Source of the DNA: Alphaproteobacteria bacterium
Lineage (GTDB): Bacteria; Pseudomonadota; Alphaproteobacteria; RF32; CAG-239
Direction of reading: 5' to 3'
NCBI GenBank assembly: GCA_045611785.1
Contig: JAZKXV010000028.1
Location: forward strand, 4,061 to 68,060
Length of the DNA stretch: 64,000 nt
Each line of letters starts with the position of its first letter. Position 1 is the first letter of the stretch. Made by a program: the position numbers and the translations under genes. Below, in pieces: positions 40,703 to 50,754 of this stretch. A model generated the notes under the pieces. That model was not told the origin of the DNA, did no database searches, and saw only the letters and a list, made by a program, of their open reading frames with translations.

Positions 40703-41471
40703 CAAAAAACGAATAGCTATGTTTATGATTTTGGGTTTGTTATCTTTTTTAGCTATTGTTTTTAAGAGTGTTAGTAATAAAACCGGTATGGAAAAAACAA
40801 ATTTAGCGGTTATGTATTTTGATGAATCAATAAAAGGTTTGAGTGTAGGATCTGCTGTTGTTTTTAAGGGTGTGCAGGTGGGTAAAGTTGTTGATATTAG
40901 GATTATTACAAATCCTAAAAATATGGAATTTAACATACCTGTTTATGTGAGACTTTCTAAAGATGGTGATTTCAGTTCAGAAGGTTTTTATAAAGATATC
41001 GGTGGAAGAGATGTATGGAATTTGCTTATAGCAAAAGGTTTAAGAGCTAAATTGATATTACAAAATTTACTTAGCGGACAATTGATAATAGAATTACAAA
41101 TGTTGCCGGAAACATCGATAGAATTAAAAAATAACCTAAACGATGGTATACTTGAAATTCCGACAGTGTTATCAACTGTTGCGGGTATTTCAAAAGATAT
41201 TCAAGATTTACCTATTAAACAAATTGTTAATCGGTTAGATAACATATTGTATGTGGTTGAAAAAGAATTGCCTCAAATTTTATCAAACTTTAACGCTATA
41301 AGCGAAAATCTTAAATCGTATGCCGATGAAAATTCTTTTGCAACAAAGCAGAGCTTCAACCGAATAAATAATGCCCTACAAGATATCAGCAGTGCTGCTA
41401 AATCTGTTAAGAACTTGACTGATTATATCGAAAGACATCCTGATTCATTTTTAAAAGGAAAAGGACAATAA
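40686..41471 (+). CDS. mlaD: MCE-domain protein (MlaD-like)
   Basis: N-terminal TM anchor plus an MCE domain (VMYFDESIKGLSVGSAVVFKGVQVGKVVDI). Confidence 0.8.
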   Translation: MKKIPNKKRIAMFMILGLLSFLAIVFKSVSNKTGMEKTNLAVMYFDESIKGLSVGSAVVFKGVQVGKVVDIRIITNPKNMEFNIPVYVRLSKDGDFSSEGFYKDIGGRDVWNLLIAKGLRAKLILQNLLSGQLIIELQMLPETSIELKNNLNDGILEIPTVLSTVAGISKDIQDLPIKQIVNRLDNILYVVEKELPQILSNFNAISENLKSYADENSFATKQSFNRINNALQDISSAAKSVKNLTDYIERHPDSFLKGKGQ

Positions 41472-41474
41472 AAA

Positions 41475-42026
41475 ATGAAAGCTTTCTTGATTTTGTTGTT
41501 TTGCTTTATTGTTTACGGTTGTGTTTCTACTCCGGAAAGCAATTTTTATGTGATAAGTGATAATACACAAGAAATGTTATCAAAGAAAAAGTTAAAAATA
41601 ACGATTTATGATATTTCTTTACCGCAATATGTAGATAGGCCACAAATTGTTTTACAAAAAGATGAGAGCTCGGAAATTAAAATTTCAGAATTTAATCGAT
41701 GGGCTTCGGATTTATCCATAATGTTAAAAAATGCGTTTATTGATAATTTGCGCAATATGTTGCCTAATTCGAACATATATGCATTAGCGTACGGAATTGA
41801 TTTTGAATATGTCGTGATAATAGAGGTTGAAGAGTTTATCGGGAGGTTAAATCAAAGTGCTTTGTTAAAAGTAAATTGGCAGATTTTAAATACTGAAAGA
41901 AAAGAGGTTTATACCAAAAGAAAAGAATATATAACCCAAGTGGGAAAAACATACGAATCATATGTTTTGGCTCAATGCAAAAACATACAAGCCTTATCTT
42001 TTGATGTTGCTGAAAGCTTAAAATAA
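41475..42026 (+). CDS. lipoprotein; ABC-type transport auxiliary component (DUF330/PqiC-like)
   Basis: Lipobox IVYGC. Sits right after the MCE gene. Confidence 0.6.
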   Translation: MKAFLILLFCFIVYGCVSTPESNFYVISDNTQEMLSKKKLKITIYDISLPQYVDRPQIVLQKDESSEIKISEFNRWASDLSIMLKNAFIDNLRNMLPNSNIYALAYGIDFEYVVIIEVEEFIGRLNQSALLKVNWQILNTERKEVYTKRKEYITQVGKTYESYVLAQCKNIQALSFDVAESLK

Positions 42027-42033
42027 ATCTGAT

Positions 42034-42486
42034 TTATCGTTTATTTTTAAAAAAGCTTTTAAGAAGTGTTGAGCATTTATCTTCTAAAACGCCGGAAATA
42101 ACTTCAGGTTTGTGATGGCATGTTTGGCTTTGAAAAAACTTTACACCACTATCAATTGCCCCACCTTTAGGATCTGTAGCTCCGTATATAACACGTCTTA
42201 TTCTGGCAAAGGAAATTGCAGCCGCACACATAGTGCAAGGTTCAAGTGTAACGTATAAATCCAAACCCCACAAACGTTTAGCTTTAAGTTTTTTACAAGC
42301 TTTTCGTAAAACTAAAATTTCTGCGTGAGATGTAACATCTTGACCATATTCGGTTTGGTTATGTGCTTTGGCAATAATTTTATTATTAATAGGATTAACC
42401 AAACAAGCACCTATTGGAACCTCGTCTTTTAAATAAGCTTTTTGAGCTTCTTTAAGCGCTTTTTGCATATATTCGGTATCTGTCAT
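42034..42486 (-). CDS. tadA: tRNA-specific adenosine deaminase
   Basis: HAE...PCTMCAAAI CDA zinc motifs. 150 aa. Confidence 0.85.
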   Translation of the reverse strand: MTDTEYMQKALKEAQKAYLKDEVPIGACLVNPINNKIIAKAHNQTEYGQDVTSHAEILVLRKACKKLKAKRLWGLDLYVTLEPCTMCAAAISFARIRRVIYGATDPKGGAIDSGVKFFQSQTCHHKPEVISGVLEDKCSTLLKSFFKNKR

Positions 42487-42555
42487 AAATATCCTTTGAA
42501 ATTTCTTAAAACATAAGATATATTACAGCAATAAAGATAAAAAAGGAAGAAAAAA

Positions 42556-43278
42556 ATGGCTGAAAGATTAGCAAAATTTATGGCTCGTTCGGGTGTGTGC
42601 TCCAGAAGAGAGGCCGAAGAATTTATTAAACAACAAAGAGTTACCGTAAACGGTGAAATTGTGGAAACTCCGGCTTTTAATGTTGAAGGAACGGAAAAAA
42701 TTTTGTTTGACGGAGAAAAGTTGCCACAAATCGATAAAACTAGATTATGGCTCTATTATAAACCGGTTGGTTTGGTTACAACACATAAAGATGAACAAAA
42801 CAGAGAAACGGTTTTTGCTAATTTACCTGCTTATATGCCTCGAGTTGTAAGTGTAGGTCGTTTGGACTTAAATTCTGAAGGTTTGCTTTTGTTAACCAAC
42901 AACGGAGAACTATCAAGAGAGTTGGAACTTCCTAAAAATGCATGGAGCAGGCGTTATAGAGTAAGAGTTCACGGAAAGGTTGATTTAAAAAAATTAGAAG
43001 AATTGAAAAAGGGTGTTTGTGTTGATGGTGTTGAATATGGCAAGGTTAATGTTGTTGTAGATAGTCAAAATGGAACAAATGCTTGGTTAACAGTTACCTT
43101 AAACGAAGGAAAAAACAGAGAAGTAAGAAAGCTTATGAAATATGTCGGTCTTGATGTTGCTCGTCTTATAAGGGTTTCTTATGGACCGTTTCAGTTAGGC
43201 TCTTTGAAAAAAGGAGAGGTGAAAGAGGTCGCTCAAAAAGTGTTGCAAGAACAGTTGGGAGCAAGATTTAAACTATGA
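42556..43278 (+). CDS. rluB: RsuA/RluB-family pseudouridine synthase with an N-terminal S4 domain
   Basis: S4 motif (RLAKFMARSGVCSRREAEEFIKQQRVTVNG). Catalytic GRLDLNSEGLLLLTNNGEL. Confidence 0.7.
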   Translation: MAERLAKFMARSGVCSRREAEEFIKQQRVTVNGEIVETPAFNVEGTEKILFDGEKLPQIDKTRLWLYYKPVGLVTTHKDEQNRETVFANLPAYMPRVVSVGRLDLNSEGLLLLTNNGELSRELELPKNAWSRRYRVRVHGKVDLKKLEELKKGVCVDGVEYGKVNVVVDSQNGTNAWLTVTLNEGKNREVRKLMKYVGLDVARLIRVSYGPFQLGSLKKGEVKEVAQKVLQEQLGARFKL

Positions 43279-43817
43279 GAATAGTTGCTGGAAAATATAA
43301 AGCTAAACGTCTTTTTGCACCAAAAGATATTGCTGTGCGTCCTACTTTAGAAAGAACAAGAGAGGCGCTGTTTAGTATTTTATATTCAAAAGGTATAGAT
43401 TTTAATAATACACGAGTTTTAGATGTTTTTGCCGGTACGGGTGCTTTTGGTTTTGAGGCTCTGTCAAGAGGAGCTCAAAAGGTAACCTTTATAGATAAAG
43501 ACACACAAATTGTGCAGAAAAATGCAGCATTGTTTGAAGCTGAGAAAAATAAAATCAGTATTATAAGAGCAAATATTTCTGTTTTGCCTTATATGCCTGA
43601 AAAATATAATTTATTGTTTATGGATGCTCCATACGATAAGGGATTAACAGAAGTAGCTATAGAGAGTTTGTTAAAGCGAGATTTGATAGACGATAACGCT
43701 CTTTGCTTAATAGAAACGCAAAAAGATGAAACATTGAACCTTCCGAATAATTTTGAGTTTTTCGATGAGAGGGTTTACGGCATAGCAAAAATACGCTTTT
43801 TTATTTATAAAAAATAG
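43275..43817 (+). CDS. rsmD: 16S rRNA (guanine966-N2)-methyltransferase
   Basis: VLDVFAGTGAFGFEAL SAM motif and FMDAPY. ATGA overlap with the upstream gene. Confidence 0.8.
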   Translation: MRIVAGKYKAKRLFAPKDIAVRPTLERTREALFSILYSKGIDFNNTRVLDVFAGTGAFGFEALSRGAQKVTFIDKDTQIVQKNAALFEAEKNKISIIRANISVLPYMPEKYNLLFMDAPYDKGLTEVAIESLLKRDLIDDNALCLIETQKDETLNLPNNFEFFDERVYGIAKIRFFIYKK

Positions 43818-43900
43818 TGTTTTTTGGCAATAAAGTGTTGATATTTTAAATAAAGTATGTTACATTTTGTACAAATATTTATCAAATACGGAGTATAGAA

Positions 43901-45952
43901 ATGGCAAGTAATTTTATTGAAACAGGAACAGTGAACCATAACTTTGCCGGTTATAGTTATGATAATGTTGTGGCTGAGCTCAATTCTGATATGGAAGAAA
44001 CCAGAAAGAAAATCAACCATATCAGACAAATGGGCGAATCTGCTTCTGATGATGAAACAAGATTAATGCTTGAATCTGAATATAAAAGTTGCCTTGAAAC
44101 ACAAAAGCTTTTGCAAGATGGTTTGGATATGGCAAGAGAATATCCAGAAGAATTTCCAGTTTTGTATGCAATGATTGCAAGAGAAGATGTTGATGAATCT
44201 GGTGTAAGCTTTGAGTTAAATGAAGTTTTAGCTGAAACCGATGATATTGTTACTGAAGCTCGTGATGTTATGCCAAAAGGTAAGCAACTTGAATTAAGTT
44301 GTACGCTTCCTGATGCCGGCACTTTTGGTATTGTGGTTACTCCTTATGATAAACCGGGTGAAGATAGCGAACAACTAAAAGCAAGAATAACTTTTCCTGA
44401 TAGCACCATTGAAAATCTTAATGAAGCTAGATTAAAAGCTATTTTTGAGTTTTGTGAAAAGAAAGGGTTGTCAATATATGATTTAACTATTCCTTACAAA
44501 GACGGTATGATTGATGTTGATGAAAAATTGGCAGAACTTACCAGGAAGCTTTTAGAGGATCGCCGATTAGAAGATGTTCAAAGACCAGGTCCTGATGCAG
44601 AAAACAGCAATACAAATGATTATGTAATGCTATTTCCTGAAATAAATGATTTAGATTTAAGTGGATTATATCAAGCTAAAAAGAAATCGGGTAAGAAAGA
44701 AGTTAATTTAGACTTTATCAGAAATGAAATAACAGATTTTATTGAAAACGATTTGAAGAAAACTAGAGATCGTAGCTATTTTGAAAAAAGTAAAAATATA
44801 GATGGCTTAAAAACTTATGTTTTTAGCTTATATGATAAGCCAAACAAAGATAATGAAAAATTAGATGGTGTTAAAGACAAGAATGGCAATTATGTTCCGA
44901 CATATTCTCACAGATTGTATGTGGCTCAAAATCCGCAAACCGGAGGTTTTGTATTTGGTTATGCAACACCTGGCGGTAAAAAAATGGATGATACAATGGC
45001 TGGAGATTTTATCGGGATTATTAAGAAGACCGGAGCAACACATGTCAGATTTTCTAACATTTCAAGTGCTGATAAAGGTGTTTGGATGATGGCTTGTGCT
45101 GAAAAAGGCTTGGTTCCGATAGGTATCTCAATTAATGCGGCAAAAGGTAAAGCAATGGTGGAAGCTGCTCGTAAAAAGCTTTCTACTGAAGAGTTTATAG
45201 AATTTAAGTATCGTTTATCTGAACAGTTGATTGAAAACGCTAAAGCTAAGTGTAAAGATAAGTCTGATCCTACATACGGATTAGATAAATCTGAGCTTGA
45301 TTTTATATCAGGTTTGAAAACAGCCCGTAACTTTGAAAACTTCAGAATAGCATACGAAGATGGAGATGGTTTATATGCTAAAGTTATGGATCAGATTGAT
45401 AAAGGATCAAAAGACAGCCAAAAAGGTGCCGCTATTACATTTGGTTCTATGAAGGCTTTGAGAACAGTTTTTGATATATACTTTGGACATCAGGATGAAA
45501 CTTTGGGACAAAGATTGGAAAGTTGTAAAGATAAGGTGTCTCGTGAAGAATATGCTGCGCTTAAAGCTATATCTTCAGATAAAAAATTAGGAGACTTAAA
45601 TACCGAGGAATTTATGCTTATTTATAACACTATCTTGCCTCGACATATTGAAGAATCTGAGCAAGATATTTTACATGCATATGCTCGTGAATTAAAGCGT
45701 ACACCAAGACGTGCCGATGGCGTTGTTTTGGCGAGTGATTTGTTCCCTAGAGCTAAAGGTGCTATAACAGAAATTAATATTACTCTTACAAGAAACGGTA
45801 TTGATACGTTGACATTGCCTAATGAACACAAGGGTCTTGAGTTTGAAAGACCGGCAGAAGAAGATTTGAACGCAAGAATAAATGCAAATAACAGACAAAA
45901 CAATACTTCAAATTCAAACATGATGCCGCCGGTAAATCAAAACGTGAGATAA
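43901..45952 (+). CDS. large hypothetical soluble protein (683 aa), acidic, Asn/Gln-rich tail; candidate secreted effector
   Basis: No TM segment, signal peptide or known motif recognised. Clean ORF with a Shine-Dalgarno-like GGAG. Confidence 0.5.
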   Translation: MASNFIETGTVNHNFAGYSYDNVVAELNSDMEETRKKINHIRQMGESASDDETRLMLESEYKSCLETQKLLQDGLDMAREYPEEFPVLYAMIAREDVDESGVSFELNEVLAETDDIVTEARDVMPKGKQLELSCTLPDAGTFGIVVTPYDKPGEDSEQLKARITFPDSTIENLNEARLKAIFEFCEKKGLSIYDLTIPYKDGMIDVDEKLAELTRKLLEDRRLEDVQRPGPDAENSNTNDYVMLFPEINDLDLSGLYQAKKKSGKKEVNLDFIRNEITDFIENDLKKTRDRSYFEKSKNIDGLKTYVFSLYDKPNKDNEKLDGVKDKNGNYVPTYSHRLYVAQNPQTGGFVFGYATPGGKKMDDTMAGDFIGIIKKTGATHVRFSNISSADKGVWMMACAEKGLVPIGISINAAKGKAMVEAARKKLSTEEFIEFKYRLSEQLIENAKAKCKDKSDPTYGLDKSELDFISGLKTARNFENFRIAYEDGDGLYAKVMDQIDKGSKDSQKGAAITFGSMKALRTVFDIYFGHQDETLGQRLESCKDKVSREEYAALKAISSDKKLGDLNTEEFMLIYNTILPRHIEESEQDILHAYARELKRTPRRADGVVLASDLFPRAKGAITEINITLTRNGIDTLTLPNEHKGLEFERPAEEDLNARINANNRQNNTSNSNMMPPVNQNVR

Positions 45953-45960
45953 TGTAGCGT

Positions 45961-47187
45961 ATGGATAGAGAACAGTTCTTAAAACACTTTGAAAGCAGTC
46001 AGGCGTTTAACGCTTTTTGCTTAGGGATGTCTAAACAGCAAATTAGAAAACTAAGCACAGATGATTGGACTTCTATCTACTACGGAATTAATTATTTAGT
46101 TAGTAAAGGCGGTTATGCCTCAGCGACTGAATTTGTTACAAAGCATTCTAAAGCATTTCAGCACCTATATTCAAACTATACTCCTGACAAGAAGAAAAGT
46201 CGGGCAATTAAAAAGTTTGCATATAGTATCGCAGATAAACTTTCTACATCAAAAGAGTTTGCTGATTTTTATTATAAAATAGATGTTTGGGTTGCTGCAT
46301 CATCTAGTACCAACTATAAGTTGGCAGCGCTTATGAGATCTGCCATGTATCAAGAATTTTTAGGTGATAAAGTTAAGGCTGGTTTACTTAAACCGTTTGT
46401 TAGAGTTGTTAACAGAGATAATAAAGAGCCAATTACTTCTGGATATTATAAAGCAGGTGGCTTGTTTGGGCATGCTGTTGTTGTAAAACGGGGTATGGCT
46501 AACTTTTGTAATACTACTGCACATGAGATTTATCATTCTTTACAACATATAAGTTTTGCAACGCGTACAAAGTTTTTAAGAAAAATTGGCGTGCGCTTTA
46601 ATTATGATAAGAAAATGGCCGAATTGTATAGGTTGAACAATGCATATTACTTTGATCTTAAAGACGGATTAAGAGCTTATAAGAAGCAGCCTTTAGAATA
46701 TGATGCCAGATTGTTTGCTACTTGTTTTGAAAGAAGGTTGCGTAAAAACTTAAGAGCATCAGAAAATAATTGGGGAATGGTGTATCAAACAACGCAAATG
46801 TTGAGAGAAGTTGATATATATGACCAAAATGTTGAGTATAGTGAAAAAAGCATATGTTTATCTTTTTATGCTCCGAATAAACAAACTCAGTCAATATTAG
46901 GAGAGTTAAAAACCAGACATCTACAACAAGCACAGCTGAGTAATATCGAAGAAGGTATGATGGTGTTGTATATACCGGCTAATATGCATAATATTGTTAA
47001 ACTTAATAAACTATTTAATCGTTCAAGAAAAGTTCAGGATGATGCTACCAGAAGGGCTTTTATAAAAGAAAGTTTTCCAATTACATATAACAAGTTTTTT
47101 GCAACTGAAAAAGAAAGAATGCAGTATCAACCAAATATAAAAAAGATTGCAATAAAAAGATTGGGTGGCAACGGCGGAAAATTATAA
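45961..47187 (+). CDS. hypothetical protein (408 aa) with an HExxH putative zinc-peptidase motif
   Basis: AHEIYHSLQH (HExxHxxQ, reminiscent of DUF4157-type zincins). No signal peptide. Confidence 0.5.
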   Translation: MDREQFLKHFESSQAFNAFCLGMSKQQIRKLSTDDWTSIYYGINYLVSKGGYASATEFVTKHSKAFQHLYSNYTPDKKKSRAIKKFAYSIADKLSTSKEFADFYYKIDVWVAASSSTNYKLAALMRSAMYQEFLGDKVKAGLLKPFVRVVNRDNKEPITSGYYKAGGLFGHAVVVKRGMANFCNTTAHEIYHSLQHISFATRTKFLRKIGVRFNYDKKMAELYRLNNAYYFDLKDGLRAYKKQPLEYDARLFATCFERRLRKNLRASENNWGMVYQTTQMLREVDIYDQNVEYSEKSICLSFYAPNKQTQSILGELKTRHLQQAQLSNIEEGMMVLYIPANMHNIVKLNKLFNRSRKVQDDATRRAFIKESFPITYNKFFATEKERMQYQPNIKKIAIKRLGGNGGKL

Positions 47188-47334
47188 ATTTTATTAAAAT
47201 TTTTGATAGTATTTTAATTTTTGTTATTGAAATATTTACTTTTATTACTTAAGTTAAAGATGTATTAGTTGTATTGCAATTAAATTTGTTCCGTAAAACG
47301 GAATGTTAAACTTAAACCATATGGAGAAAATAAT

Positions 47335-47808
47335 ATGAAAAAACTTTTAAGTTTGTTCTGTGCAATGGCTTTCTTAGCTGGTTGTTCGTCAATGGGTGAA
47401 AATGGCGGTTTGTTTGGTGGTACTGATTGCGAATCAAGAGAAGCTCGTGATTTTATGGCAAATGCTGAAGATAGGGTATTCTTTGCTTATGACAGTTCTA
47501 CTTTAACAGCAAACGCTGAAGAAGTTCTTGATACACAAGTTAACTGGCTCAATATGAGAAAGCACCAAAATGTAAACGTTATCGTTCAAGGTTATTGCGA
47601 CGAAAGAGGTACTCGTGAATACAACTTGGCTTTAGGTGAACGCCGTGCCAATGCTGTAAAAAATTATCTTGTATCTGAAGGTGTAGCAGCTGATCGTATT
47701 TCTGTAATTTCTTACGGTAAAGAAAGACCAGCAGTTTTAGGTAACAATGAAGCAGCTTGGGCTCAAAATCGTCGTGCTGTTACAGTTGTAAAAACAAGCA
47801 ATATGTAA
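47335..47808 (+). CDS. pal: peptidoglycan-associated lipoprotein (OmpA-family)
   Basis: Lipobox LAGCSS. OmpA-like peptidoglycan-binding domain (NVIVQGYCDERGTREYNLALGERRA). Confidence 0.9.
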   Translation: MKKLLSLFCAMAFLAGCSSMGENGGLFGGTDCESREARDFMANAEDRVFFAYDSSTLTANAEEVLDTQVNWLNMRKHQNVNVIVQGYCDERGTREYNLALGERRANAVKNYLVSEGVAADRISVISYGKERPAVLGNNEAAWAQNRRAVTVVKTSNM

Positions 47809-47823
47809 TTTGTCTGATTAGTT

Positions 47824-47857
47824 AAAACGCATTCTTTAATTAGAATGCGTTTTTTTG
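47824..47857 (+). terminator. intrinsic terminator after pal
   Basis: AAAACGCATTC-TTTAATT-AGAATGCGTTTTTTT. Confidence 0.75.
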
Positions 47858-47921
47858 TGCTTGTGTATATGAAATATTTATTTTATAGTGAAAAAAATTA
47901 ACTACATAAAAGGTCTTAGAA

Positions 47922-48776
47922 ATGAAATTATCGTTTAAATTTTTGGTTTGTGTATTTATATTTGCGTCTTCTGTTGCAAATTCACAAGAAATTATAGGTA
48001 TTCAAGAACAGATTGATGCAATTAAAGAAGAAATGATGCTTTTACAAAGAAAAGTATATAGAGATAATACAGAATCTTCTGTTTATGAATCGAATCCGGC
48101 TAGAGCTGAGGTTAAAATTGGCGAGTATGATCAAATTATAAGAAATTTGAACGGTAAAGTTGAAGAGTTAGAATTTAAAATTAAAACTTTAGAAGAAAAA
48201 GTAGATACCATTAATAAGGATATTGATGTTCGGTTTCGTTTGTTAGAAGGAAAACCTATACCAGCAGGTTCAGCCGGAATAAAAGAAACTAAGAAATTTG
48301 ATACAGCCGTTGCAACAGGTGCCCCTAAATCCATAGTGGGTGATGCTATTTCAACGGGGGATTTGAAAAATTTGCAACCAGAACAAACTATGGGCGTTGA
48401 TCAATTATATACAACCGGTTTGGGAGCTCTTAAATCAGGAGATTTAGAAAAAGCTGAAATGTATTTTAACATAATATTAGATAAGCATGGTTCTGATAAA
48501 TTAGCCGGAAATGCTCAATATTGGTTGGGTGAGGTGTATTATAAGGATAAAAAATTTGATAAAGCTGCAGTTGCTTTCGGCAAAGGATACAGCAACTATA
48601 AAGATGGCGCAAAAGGTGCAGACAGTTTGTTAAAATTAGGCTTATCGATGTCACAAATAAACAAGAAAAACGAAGCTTGTTTAGCTTTTGTTAATTTACC
48701 TGTTGAATTTAAGAATGCTGACGATACCATAAAAGCAAAAGCAAAAAGCGAGGCACAAAAACTGGGTTGTAAGTAG
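47922..48776 (+). CDS. ybgF: tol-pal system protein YbgF/CpoB (coiled-coil plus TPR)
   Basis: Signal peptide, N-terminal coiled coil, C-terminal TPR-like repeats (AQYWLGEVYYKDKKFDKA). Confidence 0.75.
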   Translation: MKLSFKFLVCVFIFASSVANSQEIIGIQEQIDAIKEEMMLLQRKVYRDNTESSVYESNPARAEVKIGEYDQIIRNLNGKVEELEFKIKTLEEKVDTINKDIDVRFRLLEGKPIPAGSAGIKETKKFDTAVATGAPKSIVGDAISTGDLKNLQPEQTMGVDQLYTTGLGALKSGDLEKAEMYFNIILDKHGSDKLAGNAQYWLGEVYYKDKKFDKAAVAFGKGYSNYKDGAKGADSLLKLGLSMSQINKKNEACLAFVNLPVEFKNADDTIKAKAKSEAQKLGCK

Positions 48777-48779
48777 TAT

Positions 48780-49841
48780 ATGCTTAAAACTTTTTTACAA
48801 AATAATAATATTATAGAAAAACGGATTTGCGTTGGTGTATCTGGTGGGAGCGATTCACTGGCTTTAGCGCTTATGGCAAATGAACAATTATCTCCTTTAG
48901 GTTATAAAATTGTTGCTATTACGGTAAATCATGGCCTTAGGAAAAGTGCTCAAGACGAAGCAGATTATGTTGCATCAGTAATGCAACAACATGGCATAGA
49001 GCATCATATTCTATATTGGGAGGGAGATAAACCGCAAAACGGTATTGAAGAGGCGGCACGTATTGCTCGATACGGCTTAATCGAAAAATGGTGTGAAGAA
49101 TATGATGTTAATATTCTTATGACGGCACACCATTTATATGATCAGGTAGAAACCTTTTTCATGCGATTAGAGCGTGGCAGCGGCTTAGATGGTTTGTGTG
49201 GTATGAAAGAGGTTTTTTATCGTAACAATATTAAAGTTATCAGGCCGCTTCTTTATACATCTCCTAAAGTTATGAAAGATTATCTGACAGATAAAGGAAT
49301 TGTTTGGGTAGAAGATGAAAGCAACTTTTGTACAGATTTGTTAAGGGTTAAAATTCGACAGTTTTTACCTGAGTTTGAAGAAAAAACAGGAATAGATGCT
49401 TTAAAGGTTGCCAATACTATGAAGCGCTTACAGTCTTCAAAAAACTACATAGATAAAGTCGTTGATAAAATTATAAAAAATAATTTTTCTAATTATAAAA
49501 CAGAGGCTTTTTGGTGTTCTCGGGCAGATTTCTTAAAGTTAGATACCGAAATTAAATTCAGAATTTTAGGTAAAATTTTGCGAACTATTGCAGGTTCAGA
49601 TTATATTCCATCTGCTGAAAAATTGTTTTCATTGATAGATAAATTTAATTTGGCAGATTTTAAGGCTTCAACTTTGGGGCATTGTTATGTTTGTTGTTTA
49701 GATAATAAACTTTGGTTTATGCCTGAATGTGTTGCAAGTGATAAATATAGTGCAAAAGCATGGAAAGAGTATGTTAAAAAACATTTGCAATATAAAAATA
49801 AGAAAATACCGGTTCGTTTAAAAAAGATAATGTGTGCATAA
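48780..49841 (+). CDS. tilS: tRNA(Ile)-lysidine synthetase
   Basis: PP-loop VGVSGGSDSLAL. Confidence 0.85.
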   Translation: MLKTFLQNNNIIEKRICVGVSGGSDSLALALMANEQLSPLGYKIVAITVNHGLRKSAQDEADYVASVMQQHGIEHHILYWEGDKPQNGIEEAARIARYGLIEKWCEEYDVNILMTAHHLYDQVETFFMRLERGSGLDGLCGMKEVFYRNNIKVIRPLLYTSPKVMKDYLTDKGIVWVEDESNFCTDLLRVKIRQFLPEFEEKTGIDALKVANTMKRLQSSKNYIDKVVDKIIKNNFSNYKTEAFWCSRADFLKLDTEIKFRILGKILRTIAGSDYIPSAEKLFSLIDKFNLADFKASTLGHCYVCCLDNKLWFMPECVASDKYSAKAWKEYVKKHLQYKNKKIPVRLKKIMCA

Positions 49842-49845
49842 AAAA

Positions 49846-49876
49846 AAGCGCCCTTTTTGGAAAAAGGGGGCTTTGT
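49846..49876 (+). terminator. intrinsic terminator after tilS
   Basis: GCGCCCTTTTTGG-AAAAAGGGGGC. Confidence 0.65.
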
Positions 49877-50321
49877 ACTAAGAGGACCATCTCTCAGTTT
49901 GATGTTTGTTTTTTTCTTCATATTTCCGGCGATTAGTGAGTTTTTAAAAATTTTTCTTACCTGTTGGTAGGAGATTTGTTTTTTACGGGGTTCCACATAA
50001 GCTCAAAAATTTAAAGTTCAACAATTGGGGGAGTCGCGTATACGGGTCATATTAAGTTAATTTAATAAAATTTCCGGTTATAGATTTGTTTTTTTAATAT
50101 CAAATCTGAGTGCGATCTCTAATGTAGTGCATTCGTTGTGCGTTTTAAGGTTTGACAATGATGCTCTGTTTTACAATAGCATTTTAATAATTTGTTTGGT
50201 AAGTCTATATATAGACCATTTTGACAACTTTGTCAATACTTTTTTTTAAAAAAATAATTTATTTTTTTTATTATGCAAAAACAACAAATTAATGTAGGGA
50301 AAATTTTGTACAGACAATAAA

Positions 50322-50344
50322 AAAACCACCATAAAGGTGGTTTT
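50322..50344 (-). terminator. intrinsic terminator after tRNA-Gly
   Basis: AAAACCACC-ATAAA-GGTGGTTTT palindrome immediately 3-prime of the tRNA on the minus strand. Confidence 0.7.
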
Positions 50345-50350
50345 AAGAAT

Positions 50351-50425
50351 TGGAGCGGGCAATGGGATTCGGACCCACGACATCAACCTTGGCAAGGTTG
50401 CGCTCTACCCCTGAGCTATACCCGC
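50351..50425 (-). tRNA. tRNA-Gly (anticodon GCC), CCA encoded
   Basis: Minus-strand reading GCGGGTA...CAACC-TTGCCAA-GGTTG...GTGGG-TCCGAAT-CCCAT-TGCCCGC-T-CCA. Confidence 0.85.
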
Positions 50426-50754
50426 ATCGTTTCGATGGTGTATTTAATACCACAATAAAAATAAAATGCAAGAGTTTTTTTTATATTTTTTCATTTTCTT
50501 GTAATGTGTTGTTTTTCCGAGCTTATTAAGCTTGCTTGTGAATGAAATAATATAAAAGTTTAAATGTTTTATAAAATAAGCTATGTTGAGGTAGGTCAAA
50601 ATCAATCAAATAAAGAGTTTAAAAATGAATAAAAGCAAAAAAGCAAAAGATATTCGCTTTGAAAAAGAGGCAAAAGCTTTGCAAAAGAATCTGATAAAAC
50701 GCAAAAAACAACAAGAAGAACGCGAAAAACTTAAAAAAATGAAGGAAGAAAACA

